The notes under the pieces: model-generated | Told to the model about the DNA's origin: nothing | What the model saw: the letters and a program-made list of their open reading frames with translations, nothing else | Databases searched by the model: none | Made by a program: the position numbers and the translations under genes | Part shown: piece by piece, positions 58,898 to 64,000 of the stretch | Layout of the letters: each line of letters begins with the position of its first letter | Numbering within the stretch: the first letter of the stretch is position 1 | From: an uncultured Methanosarcinaceae archaeon | GTDB taxonomy: Archaea; Halobacteriota; Methanosarcinia; Methanosarcinales; Methanosarcinaceae | NCBI GenBank assembly: GCA_963727895.1 | Contig: CAVSHT010000012.1 | Coordinates: 1-64,000, forward strand | Length of the DNA: 64,000 nt | Reading direction: 5' to 3'

Positions 58898-60079
58898 TTA
58901 AGAGATTAGTGCCTTGAGTCCTTCAACTGCATTTACCAGTGTATCCACTTCTTCTTCTGTATTATATAGTGCAAAAGAAGCTCTTACTGTACTGTCCACT
59001 TTCAGGAAGTGAATAACTGGAATTGCGCAGTGATGTCCGCTTCTAACACAGATTTTTCTTGTTTGATCTAGAATCAGAGCCACATCATGAGAATGAAGTC
59101 CTTTTACATTAAAAGGCACTACTCCTGCTCTATCTTTGGGTCCGTAGACTTCTACGTGTTCGAGTTCAGAAAGCCTTTTTGCAGCTTCTCTGGACAATTT
59201 TATCTCATGCGATTCAATTTCCGAAACCCCGATTTTTTCTACATATTCAACTGCTTTCCCTAACCCTATGACTCCGGGAATATTTGGGGTGCCAGCTTCA
59301 AAACAGGCAGGAGAAGGTTCCAGTACGTAATTATATCCTTCAACGTCCGAAACTGTTCCTCCTCCAACTGAAACACTGTCAAGTACTTCTGGGTCTTTGA
59401 TATAAAGTACTCCAGTGCCCTGTGGCCCAAGAAGTCCTTTATGTCCGGCAGTTGCAAAGAAATCACAGTTCAGGTCTTTAACGCTGACCGGTATATGTCC
59501 TGCAGACTGGGCTCCATCCACCAGGACTTTTATACCGTTTCTATGAGCAAGTTTCGTTATATTTTTTACATCCTGAACAGAGCCGAAAACATTTGAAATC
59601 TGAGTTATGGCAACAAGTTTGGTTTTCTCAGTAAACGCATTCTCTATTGAAGAGATATCAATTCTACCTTCATGGTCTGGACTTACAACTGTGACGTTTA
59701 CTCCTTTTTTTTGAAGGCGCAGCCAGGGTAGGAGATTTGAATGATGTTCAAGCAGAGTTGTAACAATATGGTCTCCAGCTTCCCAGGGATAACTGTTTGC
59801 AATTAGATTTATTCCTTCCGTGGTATTTTTTGTAAAAACAGTCTTTGAAGGTTCTACATTCAGGAAACGTGCAACAGTCTCCCTTGCATCTTCATAGCGG
59901 TTTGTAGCCTCCCTTGCAAGACGATGCGCTCCTCTTCCGTGGTTGCCAGCATACTTATAAAAATACTCAACCATAGCTTCAACTGCTGGTATTGGAGTCT
60001 GAGTCGTTGCCGTGCTGTCAAGGTACACGACTTCTTTTAAAACAGGGAAATCTTCACGAACCGCATATACATCGTACAT
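58898..60079 (-). CDS. cysteine desulfurase (SufS-like, class V PLP enzyme)
   Basis: YLDSTAT, EHHSN, DGAQ, GHKGLLGP, RSGHHCA. Confidence 0.92.
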   Translation of the reverse strand: MYDVYAVREDFPVLKEVVYLDSTATTQTPIPAVEAMVEYFYKYAGNHGRGAHRLAREATNRYEDARETVARFLNVEPSKTVFTKNTTEGINLIANSYPWEAGDHIVTTLLEHHSNLLPWLRLQKKGVNVTVVSPDHEGRIDISSIENAFTEKTKLVAITQISNVFGSVQDVKNITKLAHRNGIKVLVDGAQSAGHIPVSVKDLNCDFFATAGHKGLLGPQGTGVLYIKDPEVLDSVSVGGGTVSDVEGYNYVLEPSPACFEAGTPNIPGVIGLGKAVEYVEKIGVSEIESHEIKLSREAAKRLSELEHVEVYGPKDRAGVVPFNVKGLHSHDVALILDQTRKICVRSGHHCAIPVIHFLKVDSTVRASFALYNTEEEVDTLVNAVEGLKALIS

Positions 60080-60121
60080 GCCTATTTTTTAGTAACGATA
60101 AATAAAAAAAGGTTTTGCAGG

Positions 60122-60277
60122 TTATTTACCCTGCACACCGCCTATCATAAAGCGGTAAAGGTCTAATTCGTCTGAGTCCAGGCTGTCAGTGAAACCTTTC
60201 ACAACGGAATGGTAACTGCTTTCCTGGTGTATTTGTTGTTCTTTTCTTTTTCTGTATTCATTCTTTAGTTCGCTCAT
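60122..60277 (-). CDS. small protein, 51 aa (absent from the ORF track)
   Basis: MSELKNEYRKRKEQQIHQESSYHSVVKGFTDSLDSDELDLYRFMIGGVQGK; purine-rich upstream; T-run after stop. Confidence 0.55.
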   Translation of the reverse strand: MSELKNEYRKRKEQQIHQESSYHSVVKGFTDSLDSDELDLYRFMIGGVQGK

Positions 60278-60590
60278 AATTTTCTTCCTGTCTCTTCAAT
60301 GTTTGCGCTTGCATGTGGGTCAACAGTCCTTCTGGATACTAGAGGCCCTGTAATCTGGGTTAAAGTTCCCAGTCTTTTTAGATGCAGCATGTTGATTACA
60401 GGTTTAAAATCACGGTCCTTCAAAGGCATCTCTATCAAGTTGTTCTCTAAATCCTGAGGACAAATTCCTGCATTACGGTTAGAGCTTTCTATTCTCTAGA
60501 TCAATACCTGAACGCAGACCCGAATTTTATTTCCCTTGGGCTAAAAAAACCCCGCAACAGCGCAACAAGCGTTGTTCTTACCCACAATAT
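60278..60590 (-). ncRNA. candidate large structured RNA / 5' leader
   Basis: GC-enriched island with several nested helices; TATA-like ATATATA about 25 nt upstream. Confidence 0.55.
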
Positions 60591-60889
60591 AATATTAATT
60601 GTCAATTGTAATATATATTGTTTCCGGATTTCTTTTATATTAACTTCAAATTTTTTCAATTGAGCCAAATTTTTGAGCTAATATTTTATACCATTCCCGA
60701 ACGATAATTGTTATAATACTTATTTTGAAAGTCTCATTCCTGTTGTTTTATTCATCAATTGGCTCTCCTCTTCCTACGTTTTATTTTTTCACTCAATGGG
60801 TATACGGAATCCTATTCCCATTATATGTTATAAATAACCTTTGCTTGTCTGTAGCATATTAAATAAAGATTCAAAATAACATAAAAATT

Positions 60890-61033
60890 CATTTGTATTC
60901 GGTTAAGGAATCTGTTAACGTTATAATGACTACTGCAATAATCTATGCATCTGGATTTACATTTATAGGTTTACAGAAATGGCAACAAAGATAACACATT
61001 TTCTATAAATCGTATCTTAACCGAATACAAATG
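60890..61033. mobile_element. MITE, 144 bp
   Basis: Perfect 18-bp TIRs CATTTGTATTCGGTTAAG; 10-bp target duplication CATAAAAATT. Confidence 0.9.
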
Positions 61034-61266
61034 CATAAAAATTAGATGTTTTGATTCTAAAAATGGGCTCTATAGAAAATCTCTGAAATAATAGACTCTA
61101 TTAAAGTGAAACAAATAATCTAATAGCTTTTTATTCTTTTTTTTCAGCGCATGAAATGATTTAGATAATTCTCTCCAAAGCCAAAAAATGCTATAAAAAT
61201 TCCCTTTAAGCTTGTTTTCTACAAACTCAGTTATTATTCAAAATCTTTATATCTCAACCAAAAAGT

Positions 61267-61815
61267 TTACTTTTTATTTTCAAGGTTATTCATGAGCCCT
61301 GCAAGATGAGCTGGAATTGCTCCGATTGCAGTACAGGTTTCAAGAGAAAGTCCTTTGCAGGTAATGTCAAGATGATACCTTCCTCTCTCGAAAAGCTCTT
61401 TTGGAAGCCCTTTATGCCCGAGCCCGACAAGAAATAGAAATGAGTGATTTCGAAGGGCTTCCTCTGCAATCTTTACAGGTATAACCTGTCTTTTTGGATC
61501 AGGTTTTGAGGTCGTGATAACGACTTTCCCAAACTGAGAAGGAAACCCTTTCTTTGGAAGATCGGATACTGATAGGTTATTTTTTTCATAAAGGATTTTG
61601 AGATAACTTCCAGATTCCCCTATTGTGGTTTTTTCCATCACATAAGCCACCAGTTCTTCTGCAGTCATCTTAAAAGGAAAATCATAAAGAGCAAGATGGA
61701 ATCCAAAAGCATGGCAGATAGGTGCAGCTCTTGCAATTGCTCGATAATGAGCATCAAGGATTTTGATCTTATCATAAGTGTTTACTATTCCAAGAGTGAG
61801 CATAAGGTGTTTCAT
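61267..61815 (-). CDS. DUF531-like protein (SPOUT-like)
   Basis: NTYD..HYRAIARA; VGLGHKGLP...SLETCTAIG. Confidence 0.7.
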   Translation of the reverse strand: MKHLMLTLGIVNTYDKIKILDAHYRAIARAAPICHAFGFHLALYDFPFKMTAEELVAYVMEKTTIGESGSYLKILYEKNNLSVSDLPKKGFPSQFGKVVITTSKPDPKRQVIPVKIAEEALRNHSFLFLVGLGHKGLPKELFERGRYHLDITCKGLSLETCTAIGAIPAHLAGLMNNLENKK

Positions 61816-62722
61816 TATTCTTTTTCATAAAATAATGTTTTGTCGATTTCTAGTGACTTACTTAAGTTTCTTTTTTGATTTTTATAATTCTTTAACAATC
61901 AATTCCCATATCACACTTATAATGGCGCAGTTAAACTCGATAAAAAGTAATAAAATCGCTATTTCGGATTTGATATTCTGCTATTTAATTAATAATAAAC
62001 AAAAAACAGAAGGTAACTATTCAGCCTGGGTAATAACACATCAATAACTGTCTTTATTAAAATTCAACAAACAAAATTTCTGTAACTTTATTTTCTTTGA
62101 TTACTGGTGAATAGTTATGTTTTTTCATTATCCCTCAGTATTTATTGGATTCCTTTTTATTAGAATCATTATCATTAGACCTGTTTTTATTGGATGAATA
62201 GTTACAACAGAAGGTTTGCCAGATTAAACCTAATACATTTAAATAATTTTATTATAGTTTTGTGTTTTATATCAGGCTTCTTGTAAAAAATGTTTATAAA
62301 GCCCACAGTAGTCTTTATCTAATGTCTCTGTGCATGTGTAAGAATTGTCTTTATACCCAATACATCTCGATCTGTATTCACATTTATCATGAAACAGATT
62401 TATTTTCCCAACAGTTGTGTTAAAAAATCCCATATATTACTTAATGCAATTAACATATTTAAATTAATAAAACCGTATCAGTCTACAGAATTTGATATCA
62501 AACATTTTCACTTTTTTTAGATAGTTATTTTATGAATCCATCCTAAAACATGTTTATTTTGAATCACCATAAATTTTCAGGCTCTTTTTTTCATGATCAT
62601 ATATTCTATTAACTGTTATGAGATCCAAAAATTAAAATGATGAGGTTCGGTATAAGTTCATACCGAAGTTACCCAATTTTTTATACTTAAGTTTTGTACT
62701 TATTTTCCAATTAAGGTATTCA

Positions 62723-64000
62723 TTACTGTTTAGAGACTTTAATGTATCCAGACACTGTTTTAGTGTTACTTCCCGCAGCGTTCTTTACTGTTAAACTGAC
62801 AGTGTATTTTCCTGCTTTACTGTATGTGTGTGAAGGACTCTTAGATGTTGAATATGCTCCATCTCCAAAACTCCATTTCCATAAAGTTGGTGATCCTGTA
62901 CTTTTGTCAGTAAATTTCACTTTGAGAGGGGCTTTTCCTGAGGTTGGAGATGCCGAAAATGCAGCAACTGGAGAATAAACCAGGGTACCCATGTAAATAT
63001 CCGAGTTTCCATTGCGCATATCTGTCCACACTATCCTGTCACCGTAGATATCTGGATAGTACTGATTTGATTTATCGGTAGTGTGACTTTCTTGACCAGT
63101 AGCAAGATCATACACATAGATATCCAAGTTTCCATTGCGATCATCATCCCACACGATCCTATTTCCATAGATTGCAGGATAATATGAATCTGATGGATTG
63201 GTAGTTATCCTCTTTTCCTTTTTAGTGGAAAGATCATACATGTAAATATCCGAGTTTCCATTGCGATCATCCTGCCACACTATCCTGTTACCGTAGATTG
63301 CAGGAGACTGCTGATTGGAGTCATTGGTGGTTATCCTCTGTTCCTTTTTAGTGGAAAGATCGTACATGTAGATACCTCCATTTCCATTGCGCCAGTCTTC
63401 CCACACAATATAGTTACCATAAATATCAGGAGAATAATGATCATCTGATCCGTCGGTGGTGATCTGAGTTTCCTTTTTAGTGGAAAGGTTGTACTCATAA
63501 ATATTGTACACATCGGAGTCTGGACCGTAGGGAGAACCTGTCCAGACAATCTTGTCACCGTAAATTGCAGGAGTGTATGCTGATCCCGTTGTAGTTATCT
63601 GAGTTTGTTTTTTAGTGGAGAGATCTTGCAGATAAATATCACTACCTACATTGCGCTCATCTGCCCACACTACTCTGTTATTGTAGATATCTGGAGAATA
63701 CTGAGCTGATTTGTTGGTAGTAGAAATTTCCTTTTTAGTAGAGAGGTCATATATGTAGACATCCCAGTTTCCATTACGGAGGTCTGACCACGCAATCTTG
63801 TTATTAGAAATAACAGGGCTCCACTGATCAGCTGAATTGATTGTAATTCGGGTTTCAGTGATCTTGAGAGCGGCAGGTTGTATAGATTCTGAACCAACAT
63901 TTACTCCAGTATCGGGCAGAACCTGGTCATCTGATGGATCACCTGCTCCAGTGGTGATCCCCGGTGGGGTGGTGGTGATGTTATCATGTGTTGGTATGTA
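62723..64000 (-). CDS. cell-surface protein with beta-propeller repeats and C-terminal PKD domain (5' end beyond window)
   Basis: Frame open to window edge; repeated PAIYGNRIVWxDxRNGNSDIYMYDLST; WSFGDG PKD motif. Confidence 0.9.
   Translation of the reverse strand, partial: YIPTHDNITTTPPGITTGAGDPSDDQVLPDTGVNVGSESIQPAALKITETRITINSADQWSPVISNNKIAWSDLRNGNWDVYIYDLSTKKEISTTNKSAQYSPDIYNNRVVWADERNVGSDIYLQDLSTKKQTQITTTGSAYTPAIYGDKIVWTGSPYGPDSDVYNIYEYNLSTKKETQITTDGSDDHYSPDIYGNYIVWEDWRNGNGGIYMYDLSTKKEQRITTNDSNQQSPAIYGNRIVWQDDRNGNSDIYMYDLSTKKEKRITTNPSDSYYPAIYGNRIVWDDDRNGNLDIYVYDLATGQESHTTDKSNQYYPDIYGDRIVWTDMRNGNSDIYMGTLVYSPVAAFSASPTSGKAPLKVKFTDKSTGSPTLWKWSFGDGAYSTSKSPSHTYSKAGKYTVSLTVKNAAGSNTKTVSGYIKVSKQ

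Noticed and set aside
60278..60590. RNase P or SRP RNA
   Set aside because: Lacks the RNase P GAGGAAAGUCC motif and the SRP helix-8 motif
63670..63900. Separate 76-aa ORF or frameshift in the surface protein
   Set aside because: The propeller/PKD frame is open to the window edge; this ORF is an alternative frame

Overview
Core chromosomal window of a Methanosarcina-like methanogenic archaeon. It holds housekeeping genes (glyS, hef, sepS, thermosome, cdc6, ppx, cofE, secDF, an RFC small subunit). It also holds the monomethylamine/pyrrolysine region (amber-containing mtmB, mtmC, mtbA, ramA, pylTSBCD with tRNA-Pyl), a disrupted type IV pilus locus, five IS1-family copies (two in tandem), a MITE and REP-like repeats. 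The most unusual items are: (1) an extra intact 118-aa gene inside the pyl operon that fuses the PylD N-terminus to the PylC C-terminal domain; (2) pylB ending in UAG 1 nt before the pylC start; (3) a ~310-nt highly structured leader in front of an unannotated 51-aa ORF; (4) a secreted protein plus small membrane protein pair resembling a toxin/immunity module; (5) a C/D-box sRNA; (6) a NikR paralogue lacking two Ni ligands. Many single-base frameshifts in important genes (sepS, pylS, pylB, ramA) suggest sequencing or assembly indels, so pseudogene calls are tentative. Family names come from motif recognition, not database searches.
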